Under the pieces are notes generated by a model. That model was not told the DNA's origin, made no database searches, and was given only the letters and a program-made list of their open reading frames with translations. This document shows, piece after piece, positions 46,435-58,600 of a stretch of DNA of 64,000 nucleotides. The stretch is from Macrostomum lignano. Lineage: Eukaryota. The stretch spans positions 496,001 to 560,000 of the forward strand of contig NIVC01000392.1 of NCBI GenBank assembly GCA_002269645.1, read 5' to 3'. The number at the start of each line of letters is the position of its first letter. Within the stretch, counting starts at the first letter, position 1. A program made the position numbers and the translations under genes.

Positions 46435-49310
46435 TCAAAAGTAGAAATAGTCATTTTTAGGTTTAAATTGCACTCTACGGCCGCTCCTGGTACGTACTGG
46501 TGATGGTGGTGGTTGCTGCTGATGGATCGCGGTTCGCGTCCTGGTTCGCTCCGGCTCTGACTGCTGCGAACCTGCCTCCGTCGGTGCTGTCGTGCTAAGG
46601 TCGCTAATGTCGTCTTCCCTGGTGCCCGACTGAGATGTTGATTCCTGTGGCACCGTCGACTCGCTGTTGGGAGGGTCGGCTGTCGGAGATGCTCTTCGTC
46701 TGTCAGGTGCAGACTGCGGTGTTGATCGACAAGGCTTCAGGCGGTCGATGGAGACTGACTCCTGACGTCCTGCGGCTGTTTCGATGATGAAAAACTTCGG
46801 CAGTCGCTTCACTACCGGGTAGGGACCTTGGTACGGTGCTTCCAAAGGCTTCCTTGTTCGGTCGACTCGGACCCAAACCTTCTCGGCTGTCTCGAGGTCG
46901 CTCGGGATGTGCGTAGGCTGATCTGGTGGAAGTCTCGTGTCGTCAAGCAGGTTATCCAGGCGCATTCGAATCATCTCGGGTGTTGGATCCTCGGCTGTCG
47001 TCAGGACGCGCGGCATCATCGGGTGTTCTCCGGTCAGACGAGTGAATGGGCTTATGCCGTCGTCGTTTGGTGAGATGCGCATCGCAAGTAGCGCCAGAGG
47101 AAGATTCTCCAGCCAGGAGTTCCCGCGAGCCTTCAGAATGGCTTTCAGGGTGCGGTGGGCCCGCTCCACTTTCCCGTTCGTCTGCGGGTGATATGCTGTT
47201 GTGCGCAGTCGGTGAAATCCGATGTCCTTAGCGACTCGGTTGAAAAACTCGGCTTCGAACTGCGGTCCTCGGTCGGTGACGATGTACAGCGGAACTCCAA
47301 AACGCGAAATCCAGGTAGATATGAATGCTGAGGCTACACTCTCTGCGGTGACGGATTCCAGCGGCGTGGCCTCGATCCAGCTGGTGCTACGGTCGACCAT
47401 CGTGAGTAGGTAACGAGGAGTGAGACCGCAGGAGATGTCGTACTTCCGGTCGGGTACAGGCAGCGGACCGACGATGTCGATGTGCACAACTTCGAGTCGT
47501 TTCGATGGTAGGTCGAACGCAGAACTGCCGGCCGTCGTGTGGCGCCCAATCTTAGTTCGTTGGCAGGTTGCGCATGCTCGACAGAACTGTTTGATGGCAT
47601 CTCGCATGTTCGGCCAGAAGTATCGGGTTGTCAGCAGGCTGGCGGTCTTGCGGACGCCGTAGTGGCCAAGCTGGTGGAACTGCCGAATGAGCGGCTGTTG
47701 TAGCGAATCTGGGACGACTGGACGAGGATAGTGACTGGAGGTATCGCACAACAGTGCCTGCTTTCCGTCGAACTCATAGAATCGGCAGTTGTTGCTTGGT
47801 TGCATCCCGATTCGTTTCTGCTCTGCGGCGATGGCTGGCAAGTCGACGGGTTCCTCTAGGGATGTCTCCTCTGCGGCTGCAACCGTTTGCGTCGGCGAAC
47901 CTCCGGACTCGGATAACCTTGATAGGGCGTCAGCGACTATATTGTCAGAGCCGCGGATGTAGACCACATCGGTGACGTATTCGGATATGATGCTCAGATA
48001 ACGCTGGTTCCTGTCGGAGGTACCCTGGCTGCCGCTGTGGAAGGCCTGAACAAGGGGCTTGTGATCCGTAAAGATCGTGACCTGACGGCCCTCGATAAGG
48101 CTCCGGAAGTGAAGAACTGCCAGGTAGACTGCTAGGAGTTCTCGATCGAAAGCAGAGTAGGCTCGCTGCGTCGGCGAAAGGGTCTTGCTGAACAGCCCGA
48201 GCGGGACTGGCGACTGACCGTCGGCTTGGTGTAGAGCGGCTCCCACGCAGGTTGCCGAGGCATCGGTGACCAGGCTGTAGGACGAACACTGCGGGTTGGG
48301 ATGGTGAAGCAAGATACGATAGGCTAGCTTACCCTTCAGCTGATTGAACGCGTCCTCGTGCTGCGATGTCCACTCGTACGTGCGCGGCGCCTTGAGTGAC
48401 TTGGTGACCAGGTCTTGCAGCGGTGCAGCGGTGTGGCTGAAATGCGGGATGAAGCGGCGGTAGAAACCGATTGTGCCGAGGAACCTGCGCAGGGCCTGTG
48501 CGTTGCGAGGTGCCGGCCACTCGCGGATGGCGTCAACCTTGGATTCGAGCGGCCGGATCCCGTCTGCTGTTACCTGGTGTCCAAGAAACGTGATTTCCTT
48601 CTGCATGAAAGCACACTTGGTGAGCTGGACCTTCAAACCGTGTTGTTCAAGGCGTCGGAGTACGCTTTCGAGCACTCGGAGGTGGTCTTCCTCGTCCTTG
48701 GAGTAGACTAGCAAGTCGTCCACGTAGGCCAGCACGCCGTCGATGCCACGGAGCACAGTGTCAATGAATCGCTGAAACGTTTGACCTGCATTACGAAGAC
48801 CAAATGGCATGCGGATCCACTCGTAAAGACCGAACGGTGTGATGATTGCTGTCTTCGGTATGTCCTCTTCGGCGATTGGAATATGATGATAGGCTCGCAC
48901 CAGATCCAGCTTGGAGAAAACCTTGGCACCGTGGAGATACCGTGTGAAACACTGGATATGAGGCACGGGATAATGATCCGGCTGGGTGATCTTGTTTAGC
49001 TGTCGATAGTCTCCGCAGGGTCGCCACTTACCATTGGGTTTGCCATCGTCCTTCTTAGGAGCCATGTGCAGCGGTGATGCCCAAGAGCTCGACGACGGCC
49101 GGAGGTACCCGGCTTCCAAGAGTTGCCGAAACTCTTCTCGGGCGATGGCGAGCTTCTCCGGATGCAGCTGTCGGGCTTTGGCGTGCGTCGGTGGTCTATC
49201 GCTCGTGATGATGTGGTGCTTCGTGTCATGTTTAACTTCGGTGGCCGGAGGTAGCCTCCCTCCTTCGACGTACGTGAAGGTGCTGCGGTAACGATCGATC
49301 AGTGCAAACT
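46435..49310 (-). CDS. Ty3/Gypsy pol (RT, RNase H, integrase); open frame but 5'-truncated (no gag, protease or 5' LTR)
   Basis: [58 protein letters not shown] (HQLGHYG...CRACATC), [26 protein letters not shown] and PYQGPY. The frame stays open upstream to a junction with family A sequence at about 49310. Confidence 0.95.
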
Positions 49311-51916
49311 GAGTACAATCTTTGCGGAAAGTTCAAAGTATGGAAATAGTTTTTCAAATGCTGTGCTTTTTCTTTTCATATTTAAAGCAAACAACTTATA
49401 TCCCCGAACTCAGCGTTGCAAGATCTTTCCAGCAATATAAGTATCTCCTCTCAAAGTTTAAAACTCGAGGAACAGTTAGCGTTTGAAATTTCCCAATTTC
49501 CTGACTGCTTGACTGAGAGGCTCGCAAGTTTGTTCATTGAATTTCATTGCCAAGCTAATACCAGGGCCGATAATAAAACCAATTGAATCTCGACACAGTC
49601 TATCTATTTACACTGTACAACTGCTATGTACACTAAGCCCAAGCCCTACCCCCGTTCTGGGGAAACCATTAAATTTAACTCAACCCCCAACACGCGGTGG
49701 GTTTTATTTGCATTGAACGCAGAACACGCGCACCCACCACCCCTCAATACACAGCGGCCCGCGGGCGGAGGTTGGGGTGGCTATTTTTACAAACTGGCTG
49801 CAGCCCCAGTCAGAGTGACAAAAGAAGGTTATTGGGGGTCAAAAAATCAGTTTTCTGCTTTTTTGAGGATCACTAAAATTGATGCAAATTTTCAGCTCCA
49901 AGCAGAAAGAGGGGACAATTAAGATTATCAAAGGTCAAAACCGCCGTTTTCTGCTTTTTTAGGGATCTTAAAAATTGAAAATGAAAGATTAAAATAGCCT
50001 AAAGCCATCCTCGGAAAATTTGCCGTTTTCCCATATAAGTTTCAAAGCTGACTTGCAAGTATTCTAGGAGGAGTTATGCAACAAACACACACACACACAG
50101 ACAAACAACGCACCAACTTTAGTATTAAGAGAAGACGAGACGATAGGGATCTTAAAAATTGAAAATGAAAGATTAAAATAGCCTAAAGCCATCCTCGGAA
50201 AATTTGCCGTTTTCCCATATAAGTTTCAAAGCTGACTTGCAAGTATTCTAGGAGGAGTTATGCAACAAACGGACAAACAGACAAACAGACAAACATCGCA
50301 GCAGTTTTAGTATTAAGATATGCAACAAAGGGACAAACAGACAAACAGACAAACATCGCAGCAGTTTTAGTATTAAGATAGAGACGAGGCCAACTCCTCC
50401 TTCGGAGGAGAAAGGGGAAGAACTCCCATCACCGGAATTCCATTCTCTGAAATTCATCAGCTGAATCCCATGACCCGAATCCCAACATCCAACTGTTATC
50501 CAAATCCATCAAAATCCTCTCCGTGAAACTGAACACCATCGAAATCCTCTCCGCAAAACAGAAATCCTCTCCGTGAAACTGAAGAACATCGAAATCCTCT
50601 CCGCGAAACAGAAATCCTCTCCGTGAAACTGGACTCAATCGAAATTTTCTCCGTCAAAAAGAATAAAATATCAGGATTCATTGGTTAGGGTTAGGGTTGG
50701 GGTTAGGGTTTGAGCTGCACAGAGCTGCGACTACAGAGCCCGATAAAAAATTGAGCTAATTGAATGTATAGATTGCGCAATTTATTTCTCAGTCAGTATC
50801 AGTTTCAGTGTAAGTTAACAAAAATACTGCGCAATCTAAATCAACCCTCCAATACACAGCGACCGACCCCCCTTTTCAATACGCAGTGGCAGATAGAAAT
50901 TGAAGCCTCCCCCGCCTAACTGCTCGGGGGTCGGTTGAACGCCATTGAACCCGAAAATGAGTACAATCTTTGAAAATTGTTTGTTGGATGCTGTGCTTTT
51001 AGTTTTCATATTTAAAGTAAACAACTTATATCCCCGAACTCAGCGTTGAAAGATTTTTCCAGCAATATAAGTCTTCTCTCTCAAAGTTTAAAACTCAAAG
51101 AGAATTTAACGTTTGAATGATCCCGTTTTAAAGCATTGAAAAATCGAGTGTACGTGCACTGCGTACTAAAGAGGCTCGCAAGATTATTCATTCATTTCAC
51201 AGGCTGGCTATAACACAGGGCTGCCTATTGAAAGGCAGAGATAATAAAACAAATTAATGGCGCAATCAATTTCTCAGTCAGTCAGTAGCAGTCTCATTTA
51301 AAATGATTACGCAATGCAAATCAACTCTCCAATACACAGCGACCGCACCCCCCACCACCACTAAAGCACACTGAGTGGTATAGTCCGTTTGTTAGAGATT
51401 GAAGCCCCTAACTTTATCTATTACGTCTGCAAAAATGAGCGCAATCTTTGCAGAAAGTAAAAGTATAGAAATCGTTTTTCGAATGCTGGGCTTTTTCTTT
51501 ACACATTTAAAGCAAACAACTTATATCCCCGAACTCAGCGTTGCAAGATCTTTCCAGCAATATAAGTTTAAATGATTTAAAATATTTATTTAAAATGATC
51601 GCGCAATATAAATCAACCCTCCAATACACAGCGACCGCACCCCTCCCCCCCCACTAAAGCACACTGAGCAATTAGAAATTCAACCCTCGAACTTTATCTA
51701 TTATGTCTCGCAAAAATAAGCACAGTCTTTAAAAAAAGTTAAAAGTATGAAAATAGTTTTTCGAATGCTGTGCTTTTTCTTTTCACATTTAAAGCAAACA
51801 AATTATATCCCCGAACTCAGCGTTGCAAGACCTTTCCAGCAATATAAGTCTCTCCCTTCAAAGTTTAAAACTCGAGGAACAGTTAACGATTAAATTTTTC
51901 TGATTTAGAGCATTGA
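49305..51916 (-). mobile_element. Family A Helitron-like copies with internal duplications
   Basis: Junctions at 50135/50136 and 50384/50385, duplications of about 180 bp and 60 bp, and a TTAGGG array at 50685-50710. Confidence 0.7.
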
Positions 51917-52269
51917 CTAGCAATTTTCGCCCCCCGTTGGGGGGCATCTGTTTAGAATCTCTGTTCTCTACAAGTAACAAAAAGACAGCCAAATAAAGCC
52001 TTGACAAAGACAACAGACAAACTGCTCAAATAAAGTGTAATGCAAAAAGAAATCATCCCAAGACAGCAAGCATCCCCCAGATAGCAAGCATCCCCCAGAT
52101 AGCAAGCATCCCCCAAATAGCAAGCATCCCCCAGATAGCAAGCATCCCACAGATAGCAAGCATCCCCCAGATAGCAAGCATCCCCAAATAGTAAGCATCC
52201 ACCAGACAATAAGTAGCTAGTGCAACAATTTCCTTAGCTCTATAGTGGCTCCTTTAAAATTGGCATGAC

Positions 52270-53360
52270 GCTTACTTTTATGTTTGACATGGTGGCTCTT
52301 TAATGTTCGACATGGTGGCTCTTTAATGTTTGACATGGTGGCTCTTTTAGGTTTGACATAATGGCTCTTTAATGTTCGACATGGTGGCTCTTCAATGTTT
52401 GACATGGTGGCTCTTTAATGTTCGACATGGTGGCTCTTTAATGTTAGACATGGTGGCTCTTTAATTTTTGACATGGTGGCTCTTTAATGTTTGACATGGA
52501 GTCACATATATGTTGGACATGGTGGCTCTTTTATGTTTGACATGGTGGCTCTTTAATGTTTGACCTGGTGGCACCTCAATGTGATGATGGCTCTTTAATG
52601 ATTGAAATGGTGGCTCTTTAATGTTCGACATGGTGGCTCTATAATCTTCGACATGGTGGCTCTTTAATGTTTGACATGGGGGCTCTTTAATGTTAGACAT
52701 GGTGGCTCTTTAATGCTCGACATGGTGGTCCTTTTATGCTTGACATGGTGGCTCTTTAATGTTCGACATGGTGGCTCTTTAATGTTAGACATGGTGGCTC
52801 TTTAATTTTTGACATGGTGGCTCTTTAATGTTTGACATGGAGTCACATATATGTTGGACATGGTGGCTCTTTTATGTTTGACATGGTGGCTCTTTAATGT
52901 TTGACCTGGTGGCACCTCAATGTGATGATGGCTCTTTAATGATTGAAAGGGTGGCTCTTTAATGTTCGACATGGTGGCTCTATAATCTTCGACATGGTGG
53001 CTCTTTAATGTTCGACATGGTGGCTCTTTAATGTTTGACATGGTGGCTCTTTTAGGTTTGACATAATGGCTCTTTAATGTTCTACATGGTGGCTTTTTTA
53101 TTTTTGACATGGTGGCTCTTTTTTAATGTTTGGCATGGTAGCTCTTTAATGTTCGACATGGTGGCTCTTTAATTTTTGACATGGTGGCTCTTTAATGTTC
53201 GACATGGTGGTCCTTTTATGCTTGACATTGTGGCTCTTTAATGTTTTACATGTTGGTCCTTTTATGTTTGACATGGTGGCTCTTTAATGTTTGGCATGGT
53301 GGCTCTTTGATGTTTAGCATGGTGGCTCTTTAATGTTAGACATGGTGGCTCTTTAATTTT
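52270..53360. repeat. 23-bp satellite (minus orientation) with a 341-bp higher-order repeat
   Basis: The variant block GAGTCACATATATGTTGGAC recurs at about 52499 and 52840. Confidence 0.92.
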
Positions 53361-54521
53361 TAACGTTTGTTAAACGTTTTTGACGTTTGTAACGCAAGAA
53401 TTTTTTGTATTTTTTTGCGAATAAACTTGAAAAGTACAAAGTGAAACTTATGAACATGGCATTAAAAGTACAACCGATATGTCACGTATACATAGCGTGT
53501 GCAATGGCTGCATGTGACCAGATGAGTTCCTTTAATACTCTACGTTAGTCTATAGTCGCAGCCCTCGGATTCGCTCATTCCTGCCCTCAAATCCATAGTC
53601 AGAACAATCAGTTCGGCTCTATTTCCTTAGCGTTTGCGCTTTGCCACAGACTATTCATATTTGTTTCGCCAAAGATTAAGAAATGAAGTAAGACAAAAGC
53701 TTCATTCAGGGCCTTCGCCTTAGTTAAAATTGACATCTTGTGAGTTTCGTATATTATTCAACTTTCAATATATGGAAGACGAAGGCCCCGTCGCAAGTTG
53801 ATGCAAATCGTTTTTTATGAGCTTCCAGTCCACAGTTGTTACAGGTGACTTGAGATATTTTTGATTTTTGAAAAAAAGACTGTCACTCGTAGTTTGCGTA
53901 AAAATCCATATACTAAAATTCACTCTAATGTTAAGTTTTTGCGAACCTTGGAAAACTAAAAACAAAATTGTTTCGTCTTTTGCATAGATTTGCGATATAA
54001 AATAAGTAAAGTTTTTACACAAATTATAATGAAATTTCAGGGGAAAAATAAAAGACAAAATTAACTGCTCATCAAAGATTGAATTCATTAAAAGCAGTGC
54101 AAAAGAAGGTTTGTTTCAAAAGTTACTTTCGGCTAATATGAAATTGCCTTAAAATACAAATTAACTGTAAAGTGCAAATTGACTGTAAAAATTTATACAA
54201 TGAATAAAATAAGCCTAATTGAGCTTCAACATAAAGTTCATCAGCTATTAGCTCGTACTCACTGCCATGCAATATCTACGCTTCGTTAGAAATGAGGTTG
54301 GGGCAATAAATTTCCTGCTATTCTTTTAGGAATGAGAGCTATTGACAGCTATTGCTTTAGAGAATGAGAGCTATTACTTAAGAGATATGGGAAATAATTA
54401 TTCTTAATTAGGAAGACCTGGAGCGTCAAAAAAAGTATTAAAAAATATCACAAAACCTTTGTAAATCTAAATTTCAATAAATCTTAAAACTTTGATTCTT
54501 GCAAGTCAGAATTTTTACTCA

Positions 54522-54962
54522 CCACGCTTCTGGTACTCCAGTGAGCAAACGTGAGCGGCCTCTTTCCCATAGCGCTTGGTCAACTGGGCCAGCAGAGCTT
54601 TCTTCTTCATTTCAAAGACTCGGCTAACAATGTCGGGCCGGTCTTCTGCCCGCTGTCCAGGCAGAAGCTGAGCGCTGATCTCCGGCCATTTTGGATTGCA
54701 CGTTGCGGTGACAAACAGGTCCGGCTTACCGAACTTGTGAACATAGGTCATAGCGTCCTGTAGCCTCTCCATCAGGTACCTTGGCCCGCCAACGAAGCTC
54801 GAAGACAGAAGCACATGCGCGGGCTTGCCTATGTCACTCGGATCTCTGTCGGTAGACCTGCCATCAGCTGCAAACAGAGCGTCCCGCAGACCGCTGTACG
54901 TCTCGCTGCGCAGGTCCTGCTGATGGGTCCGCAAATACAGCAGCCTCTCTGCCTCAATCTTG
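54522..54962 (-). pseudogene. Second Helitron Rep exon fragment (paralogue of 41703-41065)
   Basis: KIEAERLLYLRTHQQDLRSE...GGPRYLMERLQDAMTYVHKFGKPDLFVTATCNPKW...EYQKRG followed by a GTGAGT donor. Confidence 0.9.
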
Positions 54963-55661
54963 GCACACTTGGCACACTTGGCACCATTATGTTCGATATG
55001 GTGGCTCTTTTATTTTTGACATGGTGGCTCTTTTATGTTTGACATTGCGCTTCTTTTATGTTTAGCAGTTTTTTGTTTTTAAGTTGTTTTAATAAAAAAA
55101 TCATTTTGCGCTACTAAGATTCGAACCCAGATTGCTACATTAGCAGTCCAGTCTGTTCGCATCTAGGCTATCTTTTTTCAATTGGAGCACATGAATTGTG
55201 GCCCTTATAATTCAATTCTTACAGCAAGTCAATTGGAGTAAAAAGTTATGACATAATCAATTTCTCAGTCAGCCAGAATCAGTCTCAATTTAAGTTAGCA
55301 ATATGGTTACGCAATTTAAATCAAGTCGTGTGTGCATTTCTTCGACACTGTTTTCAATTTGTTGCGATGCAATCTTTATCAGAATTGAAATTCAGCCAGT
55401 CAGTTTTTTCTCTAGCATTCTTACAATGCATTTCAAGTCGAAATTTTGCTTGACCTTTGCAAGAAAGCATGTTTTTCGAACATTTAATCCCTTTCACATT
55501 TAGCAATTTCTTAGCTAAGATGCATGTACCGTCCCAGAAAAATTTCTGATCGAATGGTGCAAGTTTGAAGAAAATCGGTTGAGCCGTTTTTTCTGAAATC
55601 AATCGCATACCCATATACATACATACATACATACATACAGACAACTCATTTTTAGGATATA

Positions 55662-58600
55662 CGAGGCCAACTCCTCCGATGGAGGAGAAAGGGGAAGAAC
55701 TCCCATCACCGGAATTCCATTCCCTGAAACCCCTTAGCTGAATCCCATGACCCGAATCCCATCATCAAAACATCTCCAAATCCATCAAACTCCTCTCCGT
55801 GAAACTGAAAACCATGGAAATCCTCTCCGTAAAACTGGACTCAATCGATTTTTTTCCGTCCAACAACTCAACTCTCCGGATTCATTGGTTAGGGTTAGGG
55901 TCAGGGTTAGGGCTAGGGTTAGGGTTAGAACTACGCTCAGCTGCGGGTTAAAAGGCACCGATAAAAATATTGAATAAATTGAATCAATTCATTGCGCAAC
56001 CGATTTCACAGTCAGTCAGTATCAGCCTCAGGTAAAGTTAACAAAAACATTGCGCAATCTAAATCAACCCTCCAATACACAGCAGCAGTGAGAAGTTGAA
56101 CCCTCCCCCCAACAATCTTTGCAGATTAAAGTACAATCTTTGCAGAAAGTTAAAAGTATGGAAATAGTTTTTCAAATGCTGTGCTTTTTCTTTTCATATT
56201 TAAAGCAAACAACTTATATCCCTAAACTCAGCGTTGCAAGATCTTTCCAGCAATATAAGTCTCTTCTCTTAAAGTTTAAAACTCGAGGAACAGTTAGCGT
56301 TTGAAACTGTCTGATTTATAGCATTGAAGTATCGAGTGTACGTTCACTGCCTGCTTGCAAGTTGATGCATTGAATTTCAATGTCCAAAAAATACACAGGA
56401 CTGCCCTTTGAAAGGCAGGAAAACTTATCAGTAGCCATATCATTGCGCAATTATCTATAAAGTCAGCCAGTGAGCCAGGGTCCAAGTGTACACACGCAGC
56501 CACTGAGAACGCTCCCACCCCCCACTGGAAAGAAAATACACTACAGAGATAGGGAAAAGTTGTGGCGCAATCACTAAAAATTCATGCATTTTTCAGCTCC
56601 AAGCAGAAAGAGGGGACAATTAAGATTATCAAAGGTCAAGATTCAAGTTTTCTGCTTTTTTGAGGATCTTAGAAATGAAAATTTTAGAATTAAAATAGCC
56701 TATAGCCGACCTCGGATAATTTCCAATCTTCCCATATAAGTTTCAACGCTGAGTTGCCACTATTCAAGGAGGAGTTGTCGAAATGACAGACAGACAGACA
56801 AACAACGCGTCAACTTTAGTATAGACGAGGCCAACTCCTCCTTCGGAGAAGAAAGGGGAAGAACTCCAATCAGCGGAATTCCATTCCCTGAACTCCATAA
56901 GCGGAATCCCATTTTCCAACACCTCTCCGCGCAACAGAAATCGTCTCCGTGAAACTGAACACTATCGAAATCCTCTCCGTGAAACTGAACACCATCGAAA
57001 TATTCTCCGCGAAATAGAAATCCTCTCCGTGAAACTGGACTAAATCGAAATTTCTACGTCAAATAGCCCAGCTCTCAGAATTCATTGGTTAGGGTTAGGG
57101 TTAGGGTTGACAGCTGCGTGTTGAAAGGCGCCGTAAAAACATTGAACCAATTAAATTGCGCAACTTATTTCTCAGGCAGTCAGTATCAGCCTCAGTTAAA
57201 GTTAACAAAAAGATTGCGCAATCTAAATCAACCCTCAAATACACAGCAACCGACCCCCCTTCCAATACGCAGTGCAGCTAGAAATTGAACTCCCCCCCAC
57301 CAACTATTGGGGGTCGGTCGAACCCCCATTGAACTCCAAAATGAGCACAATCTTTGCAGAAAGCTAAAAGTATGAAAATCTTTTCTTGAATGCTGTGAAT
57401 TTAATTTTCATATTTAAAGCAAAAAACTTATATCCCCGAACTCATTGCAGCAAGATCTTTCCAGCAATATAAGTCTCTCCTCTCTAAGTTCAAAACTCGA
57501 GCAACAGTTAGTGTTTGAAACTTTCTGATTTTAAGCATTGAAATATCGAGTGTACGTTCACTGCCTGCTAAAGATGCTCGCAAGTTTATGCATTAAAATG
57601 CACTGAATTTCACTGTGCAAAAAATACACAGGGCTTCCTGTTAAAAAACAGAACACAAATAGTTGCGCAATTGTCTATAAAGTCAGTCAGTGAGCCAGGG
57701 TTCAAGTGTACACACGCAGCCACTGAGAACGCGACCATCCCCCACTTGAGAGAAAATACACTGCCAAGATAGAAAAATTTTATGGCGCAATCACTAAAAT
57801 TGATGCAAATTTTCAGCTCCAAGCAGAAAGAGGGGACAATTAAGATTATCAAAGGTCAAGACCGCCATTTTCTGCTTTTTTAGGGATCTTAAAATGTAAA
57901 AATAAAAGATTAAAATAGCCTAAAGCCATCCTCGGAAAATTTGCAGTTTTCCCACATAAGTTTCAACGCTGACTTGCAAGTATTCTAGGAGGAGTTATCC
58001 AACAAACACACACACACACAGACAAACAACGCACCAACTTTAGTATTAAGAGAGACGAGTGGAACTCCTCCTTCGGAGGAGAAAGGGGAAGAACTCCCAT
58101 CACCGGAATTCCATTCCCTGAAATATCCATCAACTGAAATTGCATTACTTGAAACCTATTTTCCCAATCGTCTCCAAATTCTTTACAAAACCTTTCAAAG
58201 ACCATGGCTCAAAGAGTCTCACGTCTCTGATATCTCCTCTCTCCTCTCTTTGTTATTATCGTGACTCTCTTCTCTCTCCTCTCTCTCATCTCATCTCTAC
58301 CCCTACTCCTTATTTATCTCTTCTCTCTTGTCTTTCGTCTGTACCTTCTCCTGTCTCTTGTCTCCTCTCTTCTCTCATATCTCTCCTCTTCACTTCTGTC
58401 TCCTGTATCCTCTCTTCGCTCTTATCTCTTCCTCTTCTCTTCTCTCTCATGTCATCTCTACTCACTTGTCTATCGTCTCTCTTAACCCTCTCTCTCTTCT
58501 CTTTTCTCTCCTCTCTGCTCTCATTTTTCATATCTCATATACGCTCTCACACTCTACTTTCTTGTCTCCCATCTTTCTTCCTCCTTTCCACTATCCCCTG

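Larger units (their letters stand above)
51917..55661 (-). mobile_element. Composite family D Helitron-like element (tRNA-like segment, Rep fragment, 23-bp and 18-bp satellites)
   Basis: 5' end TATATCCTAAAAATGAGTTGTCTGTATGTA. 3' hairpin GCCCCCCAACGGGGGGC, then GAAAATTG and CTAG|T at 51917. Its module order parallels 7664-9245 and 27010-28790. Confidence 0.65.
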
